From Dickeya solani IPO 2222 (GTDB taxonomy: Bacteria > Pseudomonadota > Gammaproteobacteria > Enterobacterales > Enterobacteriaceae): a stretch of DNA of 32,000 nt. The DNA lies in contig NZ_CP015137.1 in the NCBI RefSeq assembly GCF_001644705.1, forward strand, positions 3,870,001 through 3,902,000, read 5' to 3'. Shown here piece by piece: positions 19,166 through 27,972 of the stretch; within the stretch, counting starts at the first letter, position 1, and each line of letters starts with the position of its first letter. The translations under genes and the position numbers were made by a program. The notes beneath the pieces were generated by a model. That model worked only from the letters and a program-made list of their open reading frames with translations. It made no database searches and had not been told where the DNA came from.

Positions 19166-20014
19166 TCAGGGCATAATATTAAGTCTGACGGCTGTTCCCT
19201 GAGCCGAATTTGACAGCCCCTCCCATTTTTCCCATTCATCCAGTCTGGTAGCATAGGCTTTACGGACCACAGGCATTCCTTCTGTTCCAAGAAAAATTCG
19301 CAGTGGCGGTTGATCCGCATCGACAATTTGAAGTATCGCCTGCACGGTAGCCTGCGGATCGCCAAATTCCATTTCTGAACCCTGCTCAAAAATCTGCTTG
19401 CGTAGTGCGGCATAAGCGTCCATACCGCCCGCGATCTTCAATGATGAGTGACTTGAAAAATCGGTAGCGTAGGCGCCAGGTTCGATGAGGGTTACCTTGA
19501 TGCCAAAACTGGAAACTTCATTTGCCAGGCTTTCATGAAGAGCTTCTACCGCCCATTTTGAGGCATTATAAAAACCAGTAATCGGGCCGGCCACGAGCCC
19601 TGCTACGCTGGAAACCCCCAGAATATGTCCACTTTTCTGGTTGCGCAGAACAGGAAGCACGGCCTGGATGACGCGCAGTGTCCCGAAGAAATTGGTATCA
19701 AACTCACTTTTAACTTCGTCCAGGCTGGCTTCTTCAATAGCCCCGGCCAGCGCGTAGCCAGCATTGTTCAGCACCACATCAAGCTTTCCGAAGTAGCCGA
19801 GTGCTGTCGTTACCGCATCCGATACCTGTTGCGAATCCGTAACGTCCAGCTGTAAAGGAAGCACCCTGTCACCATACCGCTCAACCAGTTTCTGCAGTGT
19901 GTCCGTGTTACGGGCTGTTGCAGCAACCTTATCGCCACGAGCCAGAGCCGCTTCTGCCCAGATATGCCCGAACCCACGTGCTGCGCCGGTGATAAACCAG
20001 ATTTTCGATGCCAT
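19166..20014 (-). CDS. short-chain dehydrogenase/reductase (SDR) family oxidoreductase
   Basis: N-terminal WFITGAARGFG Rossmann motif, NNAG and the catalytic YNASK motif. Confidence 0.9.
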   Translation of the reverse strand: MASKIWFITGAARGFGHIWAEAALARGDKVAATARNTDTLQKLVERYGDRVLPLQLDVTDSQQVSDAVTTALGYFGKLDVVLNNAGYALAGAIEEASLDEVKSEFDTNFFGTLRVIQAVLPVLRNQKSGHILGVSSVAGLVAGPITGFYNASKWAVEALHESLANEVSSFGIKVTLIEPGAYATDFSSHSSLKIAGGMDAYAALRKQIFEQGSEMEFGDPQATVQAILQIVDADQPPLRIFLGTEGMPVVRKAYATRLDEWEKWEGLSNSAQGTAVRLNIMP

Positions 20015-20059
20015 GATCGTTACCTCATGTGATGAACATGTAACTTTAACGTCGGTCTG

Positions 20060-20890
20060 TCAGCGGGTCTGACTGAGAATAATACGGTCGAATAGACGGT
20101 CACCCAGCCAGACGCGCATACGGATGAGCATCTTTGCAAACTTACCGGCAGCATAACGTGTACGCGGGTTGCGGCTTTTCACTGCACGGGAAACCACTTC
20201 AGCAATGACCTCTGGAGAACTGCCAGTGCCCTGCCCATAAGTATTTTTTATCGACATGGACACCCTCTTCACCAGGTGACCATACGGCCCACTGGCCGAA
20301 CGTTTGACAATGCTGTCATTTGCGGCATCTCCGAAGCCCGTTTCTATGACCCCCGGTTCGACGATCACGACCTTTATGCCGAATTCGGCAACTTCGAGCC
20401 GCAGGCAGTCTGACCAGCCTTCCAGTGCGTGTTTGGTGGCGTGATACCAGGCCCCCAGAATGCTGTACATCTTTCCTCCCATGGAGGAGATGTTGATAAT
20501 ACGTCCGGAGCGTCTGGCACGCATGGCGGGGAGCAGCAGCTGCGTGAGCCGCGCGGCACCGAACAGGTTGACCTCAAACTGATAGCGAGCTTCGTCAATA
20601 CCAATCTCTTCTACGGGCCCGTACAGACCAAAGCCGGCGTTGTTGACCAGCACATCGACACCGCCAGTCTGAGCCAGAATGGTGTTTACTCCGGATACAA
20701 TCTCCTCATCCCTGGAAATATCCATCCGCAGCGGTTGTGCTCCGAGCCGGGCAAGGTCAGCCATTTTTTCGATATTGCGGGCGGCCACGTAGACCTGATA
20801 GCCATCCTTAATAAGACGACGAGCAATGGCCTTGCCCATGCCTGACGATGCGCCGGTGACCAGCGCGGTTTTCTTTTCCTGAGTAAACAT
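20060..20890 (-). CDS. short-chain dehydrogenase/reductase (SDR) family oxidoreductase
   Basis: Track ORF 20060..20983, trimmed to ATG 20890 (MFTQEKKTALVTGASSGMGKA) with a GAGGTG RBS. NNAG and YHATK motifs present. Trimming removes the overlap with the patatin gene. Confidence 0.88.
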   Translation of the reverse strand: MFTQEKKTALVTGASSGMGKAIARRLIKDGYQVYVAARNIEKMADLARLGAQPLRMDISRDEEIVSGVNTILAQTGGVDVLVNNAGFGLYGPVEEIGIDEARYQFEVNLFGAARLTQLLLPAMRARRSGRIINISSMGGKMYSILGAWYHATKHALEGWSDCLRLEVAEFGIKVVIVEPGVIETGFGDAANDSIVKRSASGPYGHLVKRVSMSIKNTYGQGTGSSPEVIAEVVSRAVKSRNPRTRYAAGKFAKMLIRMRVWLGDRLFDRIILSQTR

Positions 20891-20951
20891 AGGCACCTCG
20901 TTTAATGACCTGCTGCCAGTTTGCCTGAACAGATGCCTGATTGTTCTTGCA

Positions 20952-21953
20952 TTACGCGCCAGAGTTCTTGCCGGGCACGCCAACCGGAGCGGGGAGAGCG
21001 CCTCTTTCAGGCAAACGGAAATGCCGTAACACCGATCTTATCGCTGGCAGTTTTTCAACGGCAGCCTGGTAGCCCAGACGGCGTGCTGTTTCACGCGCTT
21101 TGGCGTCGTTTATTCCTGCGGGTTTGACTGCCGGAGTGACGAGAACATCTGCTGAATCCGCTTCAGAGCTGGCGAGCAGACAGCTTTGTGCCTGCGATAC
21201 GCGTAACAGCATTGAGAGTGCTGAGTTCATTGGGTACTGCTGCCCATGGCAGTAAATATCGACGGCGATCACCACATCAGCACCCAGCGCGCGGGCAGCC
21301 CGTACAGGAACCAGTGCGCTGACTCCACCATCGACCAGCGTCAGACCATTGTTCTCTACCGGCAGGAACACGCCCGGTATGGCTGCCGAGGCTCTCAGTC
21401 CCTGACCGGCATCTCCCGCAGTGATCACATACGGCAGCGAAAGATTCAGCGCAGTTGCCACTGCGGCGAAGCGCACAGGGAAGCGTTCAATGACTTTTCC
21501 CCCGACCAGGTTATCTGCCCAGAGTGCAAGAGCATTCCCCCTGACAAAACCTGGGCCGCTCATACTCAAATCGGCCAGAGAAAGTACCCGCAGGGTAGTG
21601 GCCAGATGCCAGATCTGGCTGGGGGAGTTACCCGACGCATAGGCAGCCCCGATGATGCTTCCGATTGATGTCCCAACAACGATGTCGGGCCGGATACCCG
21701 CATCTTCCAGGGCCTGCAGCACGCCTATATGCGCATAGCCACGCAGACCGCCGCCTCCCAGTACCAGAGCCACCTGTGGTCGGGTGGTTGTCGGCAAGGG
21801 AGAGAGAATGGAGCCTGGGTGCTGTAAGCGGCCATCAATCAGCAGGCTGCCTGAAAAATTGTTGCGGGCGGGAAGACCGGCGGTTGAACAGGCCGCGATC
21901 AGACAGACCATAAAAAGCATCAACATGCTTCGACCGGAAAGGCTCGCTTTCAT
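20952..21953 (-). CDS. patatin-like phospholipase family protein (RssA/YchK-like) with lipoprotein-type signal
   Basis: GGGLRG oxyanion motif, GTSIG nucleophile elbow (GxSxG) and a DGG catalytic-Asp motif (LVDGGV). The N-terminus MLMLFMVCLIAAC carries a lipobox-like IAAC. Confidence 0.88.
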   Translation of the reverse strand: MKASLSGRSMLMLFMVCLIAACSTAGLPARNNFSGSLLIDGRLQHPGSILSPLPTTTRPQVALVLGGGGLRGYAHIGVLQALEDAGIRPDIVVGTSIGSIIGAAYASGNSPSQIWHLATTLRVLSLADLSMSGPGFVRGNALALWADNLVGGKVIERFPVRFAAVATALNLSLPYVITAGDAGQGLRASAAIPGVFLPVENNGLTLVDGGVSALVPVRAARALGADVVIAVDIYCHGQQYPMNSALSMLLRVSQAQSCLLASSEADSADVLVTPAVKPAGINDAKARETARRLGYQAAVEKLPAIRSVLRHFRLPERGALPAPVGVPGKNSGA

Positions 21954-21954
21954 G

Positions 21955-22623
21955 TCAGCCGGATCGCTTTCCCAGCCTGATCAGCTGGTCAGAAGCCAGG
22001 ATCTCAATCCCCTCTGTCGTGGGTACCGTTTGCGCCAGCGATCGGGCAACAGCCAGAGCCCGTACGGGTTTGTAAGCCCCGGGCAAAAGGGGAGATAACA
22101 GTTTGGCTATCGGTATGGAAATCAGTTCGCCCAGGCGTACTGGCTGCCCCAGTCCATAACGGTAGTCAAGCAGCAAAGAGGGGCGCGCGATCACCAGTGT
22201 GGTAAACGGCAGGGCGCTGATCGCTGCTTCCAGTTCACCCTTAACGCGGGTGTAAAACAGGGATGACTTCACATTTGCAGCTCCCGCGCTGACCAGTCCC
22301 ATACGGCGGACGCCTGCCGAAAGCGCGGCCCTGGCAACCGCCATACAGGCATCGAAATCCACAGCCCGGAACGCTTCCCTGCTACCTGCGACGTTAATCG
22401 TTGTCCCCAGTGCAATGTAGGCTTCATCCGCATGAGGAAGTTGTGGCAAGGAAGTAAAATCGATCAGATGGACCTGCAGCTTAGGGTGGTTGATTTTCAG
22501 TGGCTTCCGGCTCAGTGCATGGACGCTGACAACACCTGGGTCGTTCAGCAAAATTTGTAACAACTGGCCTCCCACCAGGCCGGTGGCGCCCGCAAGCAGT
22601 ACAACACGCTTTTTTTCTGGCAT
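21955..22623 (-). CDS. NAD(P)H-binding (atypical SDR, YraR/HTATIP2-like) protein
   Basis: N-terminal VLLAGATGLVGG Rossmann motif in a 222 aa protein. Its stop lies 1 nt from the patatin start. Confidence 0.8.
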   Translation of the reverse strand: MPEKKRVVLLAGATGLVGGQLLQILLNDPGVVSVHALSRKPLKINHPKLQVHLIDFTSLPQLPHADEAYIALGTTINVAGSREAFRAVDFDACMAVARAALSAGVRRMGLVSAGAANVKSSLFYTRVKGELEAAISALPFTTLVIARPSLLLDYRYGLGQPVRLGELISIPIAKLLSPLLPGAYKPVRALAVARSLAQTVPTTEGIEILASDQLIRLGKRSG

Positions 22624-22640
22624 CGTTATGATGTTCTCTT

Positions 22641-23651
22641 TTAATTAAGACGCAGGGATCCCCTGACAGTTTCAGGTGTCTGGCCAGTCCAGGCCATAAA
22701 TGCACGGTAGAATGAGTTTGGGTCTTCAAAACCAAGCAGGAATGCAATTTCATAACCGGACAGACTGGTATTGCACAGATAGTGGCGGGCAAGGTTTTCC
22801 CTGCAACTGTTGATAAGGACGCGAAAACTTTCCCCTTCATTTTCGAGCCTGCGCTGTAGTGTGCGCTTGCTCATACCCAGGCGTTCCGCCGTTTTCTCAA
22901 TGGTGGCTTCGTTACCCGGCAGAAGTTCCAGTAGTACCGCGCGCACGCGTTCAGCGGTTGACGCCGTTTCATCTAACTGACTGAGACGGCGGCGCAGCTC
23001 AGGCTCAAATACTTGCCACATTCCTTCGTTCACCGTCAAAAACGGTCGGAGTGCGTCCGCGGCCGAAATAGTGATGGCGGGTTTTTCGCCATATTGCACG
23101 GCTATACCGAAGAAGCGGTCATAGTGGCGAGCCGAAACACGGGGAGGAAGTTGTGGGATCACCACCCGTAGTGCTTTAACCGGTTCACGGGTTCCAAGCC
23201 GTAGCAGCCGTAGTAAAAAGGCAAGTTCAGCGACCTGCAACGATGCGGGTATGTCTGTCGCGACAGACAACCATTGCGGGCACACGGTCAAGTTCCCGGT
23301 TCGATCCACGGTTGTTTCCAGAACCATCGGGGCAATGAGCTGCTTATATCTGGCTAGCCGCTGTACCGCCTGCATCATATTGGTGCTGCACAGTGCGGCG
23401 AAGAGCGGCGGGTCGAACACTTCTGCAGTAACCATTTCTACCAGGCGCAAGGGAAACGCAGCATCATTAGCCTCCGTCTCCAGTGTGCGCCAGAAACGAA
23501 AATATTCGTCAGTGCCGAGACCACGCTCTGACCTTGAAAAAAGATCGTCGGGCAATCCTGCCTTTCGCAGGACATGTTCAGGCTGCAGTCCTGCATCTTT
23601 CAGCAGCGTTCTCCAGCCGATATCGAGAGAGAAAGTGCGGTTACGTGCCAT
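22641..23651 (-). CDS. AraC family transcriptional regulator with N-terminal ligand/arabinose-binding-like domain
   Basis: The C-terminal dual HTH (MSKRTLQRRLENEGESF...GFEDPNSFYRAFMAWTGQTP) follows a roughly 230 aa N-terminal domain of the OruR/virulence-regulator type. Confidence 0.88.
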   Translation of the reverse strand: MARNRTFSLDIGWRTLLKDAGLQPEHVLRKAGLPDDLFSRSERGLGTDEYFRFWRTLETEANDAAFPLRLVEMVTAEVFDPPLFAALCSTNMMQAVQRLARYKQLIAPMVLETTVDRTGNLTVCPQWLSVATDIPASLQVAELAFLLRLLRLGTREPVKALRVVIPQLPPRVSARHYDRFFGIAVQYGEKPAITISAADALRPFLTVNEGMWQVFEPELRRRLSQLDETASTAERVRAVLLELLPGNEATIEKTAERLGMSKRTLQRRLENEGESFRVLINSCRENLARHYLCNTSLSGYEIAFLLGFEDPNSFYRAFMAWTGQTPETVRGSLRLN

Positions 23652-24136
23652 TGTCAGATTTCCGGGAATGAATGACCTTCGAATATGAAGCGGGTTTCAG
23701 GTAACAGCATAACGTTTCAATCCGGGGGGTGACATTCATAAGGCGCCATATTTATGGTAAAGCGCGACAGAAACTGAAGCCTGTGAATCACCTTCTACAT
23801 CAGGCAATAACCATATCCGTATTTTTACAGCCGGGTATCTTGAGGTGTCTTCTCCCCACTTTTATCAACTACCGGATGATCAGTGCATGTACTTATGTCT
23901 TTGTCTGCTTTGGCACTTAGCGGTTGGGTTGCAGGACTGCTAAGACTGCAATGAGCGAGGAGCGGATGTTCGAGATTGTCTCATAGCCTGTTATCCCTGA
24001 TTACGGCTGGATCATATTCGGGTTCAGGGTCAAATGAAGACATTACTAACATTGCGGTGCGTTAATCAACGGGGAGCAGGTCAACTGTACAGACTCCGGA
24101 TCAAAAATCCATTGTGGCCACGGTCCCATAAATGAA

Positions 24137-24163
24137 AAGGCCACCGGTATGACTGATGGCCTT
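24137..24163 (-). terminator. possible terminator downstream of the toxin gene
   Basis: aaggcca (24137-24143) pairs with tggcctt (24157-24163). On the minus strand it is followed by ttcattt. The 13 nt loop makes it only moderately convincing. Confidence 0.35.
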
Positions 24164-24226
24164 ACAAAGAGGTGCCGGTAGGCTATACGGGTACATACCG
24201 GCTTAATTTGAAACAGGTGAGGCACG

Positions 24227-24874
24227 CTATTCCTGTGCATTATCTGACAGAGCTGTGCTTGATTCCTGCTCTGACTGCAAAGCACGCACGTAAGCCGCTT
24301 TCAACTGATGGATGGGCAGAACCATAGGGATGGTGCCACCCTCATCTGGCTGATCCTGAAGAACCACGAAGCGATGCTTGCGATAGAACTCTACAGCAGC
24401 TGGATTAGCATCCAAGACAACCGCTTTAATGTCTGTGCTGACAGCAGCAATTTCTAGTGCCTTAATCAGCGCAGCTTTTAACAACATGCTTCCCCAATGA
24501 GCGGGTTGTTTCTGGTATTTCTTATCGATCCCAATCATGAAAATTTTGAGCGTCGATACCACCTTGGGTAAGCTGTACCCGTAGAATTCAGGCTGCTTTA
24601 GGACTTCACGCGCAACCGTATCTACAGGGAAACTAAAGTTTTGCATTGTATAAAAACCCATCAGCTGATGTTCAACTGAACCAGGCTTATTCGCAATGGG
24701 TAAATCTTCAACCAGCAAACCGACAATTTTATTGTCGCGCTGGCCGTCCTTCTTAAGGTTATCGTGAGCATACTGGTCAATTACGCCGTTGCCACAAAAA
24801 AACTTCTTTACCCCAGAGTAGGTTTTGTTTTTATCAAATGCTTCAATGAATACATCGCGTCTAACGGTAGACAT
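24227..24874 (-). CDS. GNAT-family acetyltransferase toxin of a type II TA pair (TacT/AtaT/KacT-like), unusually long
   Basis: N-terminal FFCGNGVIDQYAHDNL resembles the FDCG...L..FL motif of DUF1778-partnered GNAT toxins, and C-terminal AVEFYRKHRF resembles their FYxKxGF motif. Its start overlaps the antitoxin stop by 14 nt. 215 aa. Confidence 0.8.
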   Translation of the reverse strand: MSTVRRDVFIEAFDKNKTYSGVKKFFCGNGVIDQYAHDNLKKDGQRDNKIVGLLVEDLPIANKPGSVEHQLMGFYTMQNFSFPVDTVAREVLKQPEFYGYSLPKVVSTLKIFMIGIDKKYQKQPAHWGSMLLKAALIKALEIAAVSTDIKAVVLDANPAAVEFYRKHRFVVLQDQPDEGGTIPMVLPIHQLKAAYVRALQSEQESSTALSDNAQE

Positions 24875-25184
24875 AATTTGCAGGACCTTTTAGTAACTGC
24901 ACCAGGTCATCGTCTTTGTCTACAGGCTGTGAATTCAGGGCCACAATCATTCTTTCCCAAGCATCTGCTGAGAGCGTTCGCATTACCTGCTTATCAAGCA
25001 ATTCCTGCGCCTTCTCCATTGCAGCCATCAGAATAAATGCACTCAAATCCACCCCTGCCAAAGATGATGCGGCGCGAAGCTTATCTTTATTGTCGGTGCT
25101 GGTTCTCAGCTCGACCCTCGTGTCTTTGGCCACAGCCAAAGCCATATCTGCGGAACCACCACGAACATTGGTGTTTCTCATCAT
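24861..25184 (-). CDS. DUF1778 (ribbon-helix-helix) antitoxin, TacA/AtaR-like
   Basis: RVELRTSTDNKDKLRAASSLAGVDLSAFILMAAMEKAQELL...LSADAWERMIVALN matches the DUF1778 pattern. It lies upstream of the GNAT gene and overlaps it. GGAGAG RBS. Confidence 0.82.
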   Translation of the reverse strand: MMRNTNVRGGSADMALAVAKDTRVELRTSTDNKDKLRAASSLAGVDLSAFILMAAMEKAQELLDKQVMRTLSADAWERMIVALNSQPVDKDDDLVQLLKGPANYVYR

Positions 25185-26230
25185 AAATACTCTCCAAGAA
25201 CTAGTTTTTTATTAAAAAATTCAGTTATATACCTCCATTAGTTATAATCATCGTAAATTCCCCCTTGTATTTGCTTCTCTGAAAAATTTTATAGCCCGCC
25301 GATTTTCAAACAATCGATATGCGCAATCTATGTTATTGATATTTAATAAATTAATATTTGAATGTGTTATCGATCTATTAGCGACTGAATTAATAAACAC
25401 AGTTATGAGCGACATATAAGTACCTTTTGATTGATTTATGAATGTATATAAGTTTATTTAATATATTGATATTTAAAGACTTGTTAGTAAGTTTCGATTA
25501 AGTTTAAAACTTTTACGTAGATTTCTTAAGCTACCTGCATAGTTTTGCATAACTTCTAAGCAATGTCAACTCCAGCCGTACATTGTACGTACGATTTGTC
25601 CGGGTGATGTACGGTTGCTTTTCGCTTTGCTGCTCTTTCAATCAAAATCCCCCCCCACAAATGTTAAAGTCCATCGGAGGTTAGCCGGTGGCCTTAGTTA
25701 CGACTGCATCATCATTTTAAGCAAAGAGAATCCGCAGCAGATCTAAGAGCGTAATGACCGCTTTAATTAGCGAAGTCATCGCCTTCAGAAGCGTGATCGC
25801 TTTTTCATAAAACCCCACACGGTACTCCATTGGTTTCGCGGACCAAGTGATCTGTACCCGTTGATTGACACAGATTGTTCTCAGTAACTTCCGCTCCTGG
25901 CACAAAGCCGTCCATCACCCCAGGCATAGCCCTGAGCCACAAAACAAAAGTGCGAGCTCAAATCTGAGCCAATACACATAAGGTGTTCCTCGTTCACTAC
26001 CCACTTCTCTATTAAATCAACCCGCCTCGTCGTCTGTCCTTTTTCCTTCACCATTTCGTCATCCACGCTTCGCCGGTCTGTCACACAGCTTTGTCAACAT
26101 AATCGCCAATCCCCCTGATTGAAGCGATGTACCGCGCTGCCGCTGGCGGCATTCCGGTCCCGCTTCGTGGTTAACCGATCCGCGAGCGAATGTCCGCCCG
26201 GAAAGGCTCCCTGCGAGCAGGAGTTTTTTT

Positions 26231-26950
26231 ATGGACATGATATCTAGACATCCTACCACTGTGTATCAGGCTATCGCCGCCCGGCTGGAAGAAGAGCTGC
26301 GCACCGTCTACCGCTGCGGTGACTATCTGCCGTCCGAGCAGCAACTGGCGGCGCGCTACGAGGTCAATCGCCACACGCTGCGGCGGGCGGTGGATGAACT
26401 GGTCAATAAAGGGCTGGTACAGCGTCGGCATGGCGTCGGCATTCTGGTGCTGATGCGACCTTATGACTATCCGTTGCATGCGCAGGCGCGTTTCAGCCAA
26501 AACCTGCTGGAGCAGGGCAGTCATCCCACCAGCGAGCGGTTGCTGGCGGTATTGCGCCTGGCCAACGCCGAGGTGGCGGCGGCGCTGGGGCGGGAAGATG
26601 GCGACGAGGTAATCCACCTGCGCACCCTGCGCCGGGTCAACGGCGTGCCGGTGTCGCTGATCGATCACTACCTGCCGGCGCTGGACTGGTGGCCGGCATT
26701 ACAACATTTCACCAGCGGGTCGCTGCACGATTTTCTGGCCCGCGAGCTACAGCAATCCCTGACCCGTCGCCAGACCCGCATCAGCGCCCGGGCGTCGCAG
26801 GCGAAAGAAGCACAACTGCTGGAAGTGGCGCGGCAAACCCCGCTGATGTGCATTCGTACGCTCAATATTTGTAGCGGCAGCGACCGGGTGGCGGAGTACT
26901 CCGTCAGTCTGGCGCGGGCCGACATGATCGAACTGACAATGGAGCACTGA
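26231..26950 (+). CDS. phnF: phosphonate metabolism transcriptional regulator PhnF (GntR/HutC family)
   Basis: YRCGDYLPSEQQLAARYEVNRHTLRRAVDELV...ARFSQNLLEQGSHPTSE...TRADMIELTMEH is collinear with E. coli PhnF as remembered. AGGAG RBS at 26219-26223. Confidence 0.93.
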   Translation: MDMISRHPTTVYQAIAARLEEELRTVYRCGDYLPSEQQLAARYEVNRHTLRRAVDELVNKGLVQRRHGVGILVLMRPYDYPLHAQARFSQNLLEQGSHPTSERLLAVLRLANAEVAAALGREDGDEVIHLRTLRRVNGVPVSLIDHYLPALDWWPALQHFTSGSLHDFLARELQQSLTRRQTRISARASQAKEAQLLEVARQTPLMCIRTLNICSGSDRVAEYSVSLARADMIELTMEH

Positions 26951-27400
26951 ATGGCAACCCAAACCGCAAGGCAACGCTGGCTGTCGGTACTGGCGCACAG
27001 CGACCCGGATCAACTGCGGCGCCACTGGCAACCGCTGAGTCTGCATCCGGTCTGGCAAACGCTACGGGCGCCTGAAACCGGGCTGGCTCGTTTGCAGGCG
27101 CGTATCGGCGCTACCGGCAATCGCTTCGTGCTGGGTGATGTCACCGTCACCCGCGCGGTGGTGCGGCTGGAAGACGGTACCTGCGGCTACAGCTACGTCA
27201 CCGGCCGCAACAAGCCTCACGCCGAACTGTGCGCGTTAATCGACGCCCTGCTGCAACAACAGGGGACGCAAAGCGCGCTCTACCAACAACTGATCGTGCC
27301 GCTGGCCGCGACCCGTGACGAGCTGCGTCAGCAACGGGCGCGGGAGATTGCCAGCAGCAAGGTCGATTTCTTTACGCTGGTGCGAGGAGATAACGCATGA
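26951..27400 (+). CDS. phnG: C-P lyase core complex subunit PhnG
   Basis: 149 aa, abutting the phnF stop, in the position and at the size of phnG within a conserved phnFGHIJKLM order. Confidence 0.88.
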   Translation: MATQTARQRWLSVLAHSDPDQLRRHWQPLSLHPVWQTLRAPETGLARLQARIGATGNRFVLGDVTVTRAVVRLEDGTCGYSYVTGRNKPHAELCALIDALLQQQGTQSALYQQLIVPLAATRDELRQQRAREIASSKVDFFTLVRGDNA

Positions 27401-27972
27401 CGCTACTGGCAGGATTTTCCCATCCCTGGCGCGATGCGCAGTACGCCTTTCGCCGCATTTTGAAAGCGATGAGCGAACCGGGCGTGGTGGTGTCGCTGAA
27501 TCACGATATTGGCTGGGATGGCTTATCGCCGTCCGCCACCGCGGTGGTGCTGACGCTGATGGACCGCGAAACGCTGCTGTGGCTGGACCCGGCGTTGTCG
27601 CAGGAGACGTTGCTGACCAACCTGCGCTTTCACACCGGCGTGAAGCTGGTGGAACGCGAGGCGGCGGCGTTCGCGCTGTTGCCGGTCAGCCGGGAACTGT
27701 CGCTGGACGGTTTTACCGCCGGCGACGAGATGGCGCCGGAAAACAGCGTCACGCTGGTGCTGGAGGTGCCCGCGCTGGGCGGCGGACGCGCCTTGCGCCT
27801 GACCGGGCCGGGGATTGCCGAAGCGCGCATGATTGCGCCGCAACTGCCCACCAGCGTGCGGGATTATCTGGAACAGCGCCCGCATACGTTTCCCGCCGGG
27901 CTGGACTTCATTTTTACCTGCGGCGGCACGCTGATGGCGCTGCCGCGCACTACGCATGTGGAGGTGTGCTGA
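27397..27972 (+). CDS. phnH: C-P lyase core complex subunit PhnH
   Basis: 191 aa with ATGA overlaps at both ends. Its position and size match phnH. Confidence 0.88.
   Translation: MTLLAGFSHPWRDAQYAFRRILKAMSEPGVVVSLNHDIGWDGLSPSATAVVLTLMDRETLLWLDPALSQETLLTNLRFHTGVKLVEREAAAFALLPVSRELSLDGFTAGDEMAPENSVTLVLEVPALGGGRALRLTGPGIAEARMIAPQLPTSVRDYLEQRPHTFPAGLDFIFTCGGTLMALPRTTHVEVC

Noticed and set aside
19120-19413. 97 aa minus-strand ORF overlapping the 3' end of the SDR gene
   Set aside because: It is an alternative frame of a well-supported SDR gene and has no independent signals.
23729-23920. 63 aa plus-strand ORF upstream of the AraC regulator
   Set aside because: It has no RBS and an odd composition, and it lies in the probable promoter region. 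I cannot support it as a gene.
24046-24285. 79 aa minus-strand ORF overlapping the toxin 3' end
   Set aside because: It overlaps the GNAT gene out of frame and runs through the predicted terminator hairpins.
26078-26099. Pho-box-like CTGTCAC...TTGTCAA upstream of phnF
   Set aside because: The TGTCA cores are 13 bp apart rather than 11, and the element directly abuts the only plausible -10 element. The geometry is wrong for PhoB activation, so I kept it as an open question only.
27315-27971. N-terminal 219 codons of the 582 aa track ORF that ends as phnI
   Set aside because: This part is an out-of-frame read-through across phnG and phnH. The recognisable PhnI sequence begins at ATG 27972, which has its own GGAGG and an ATGA junction.
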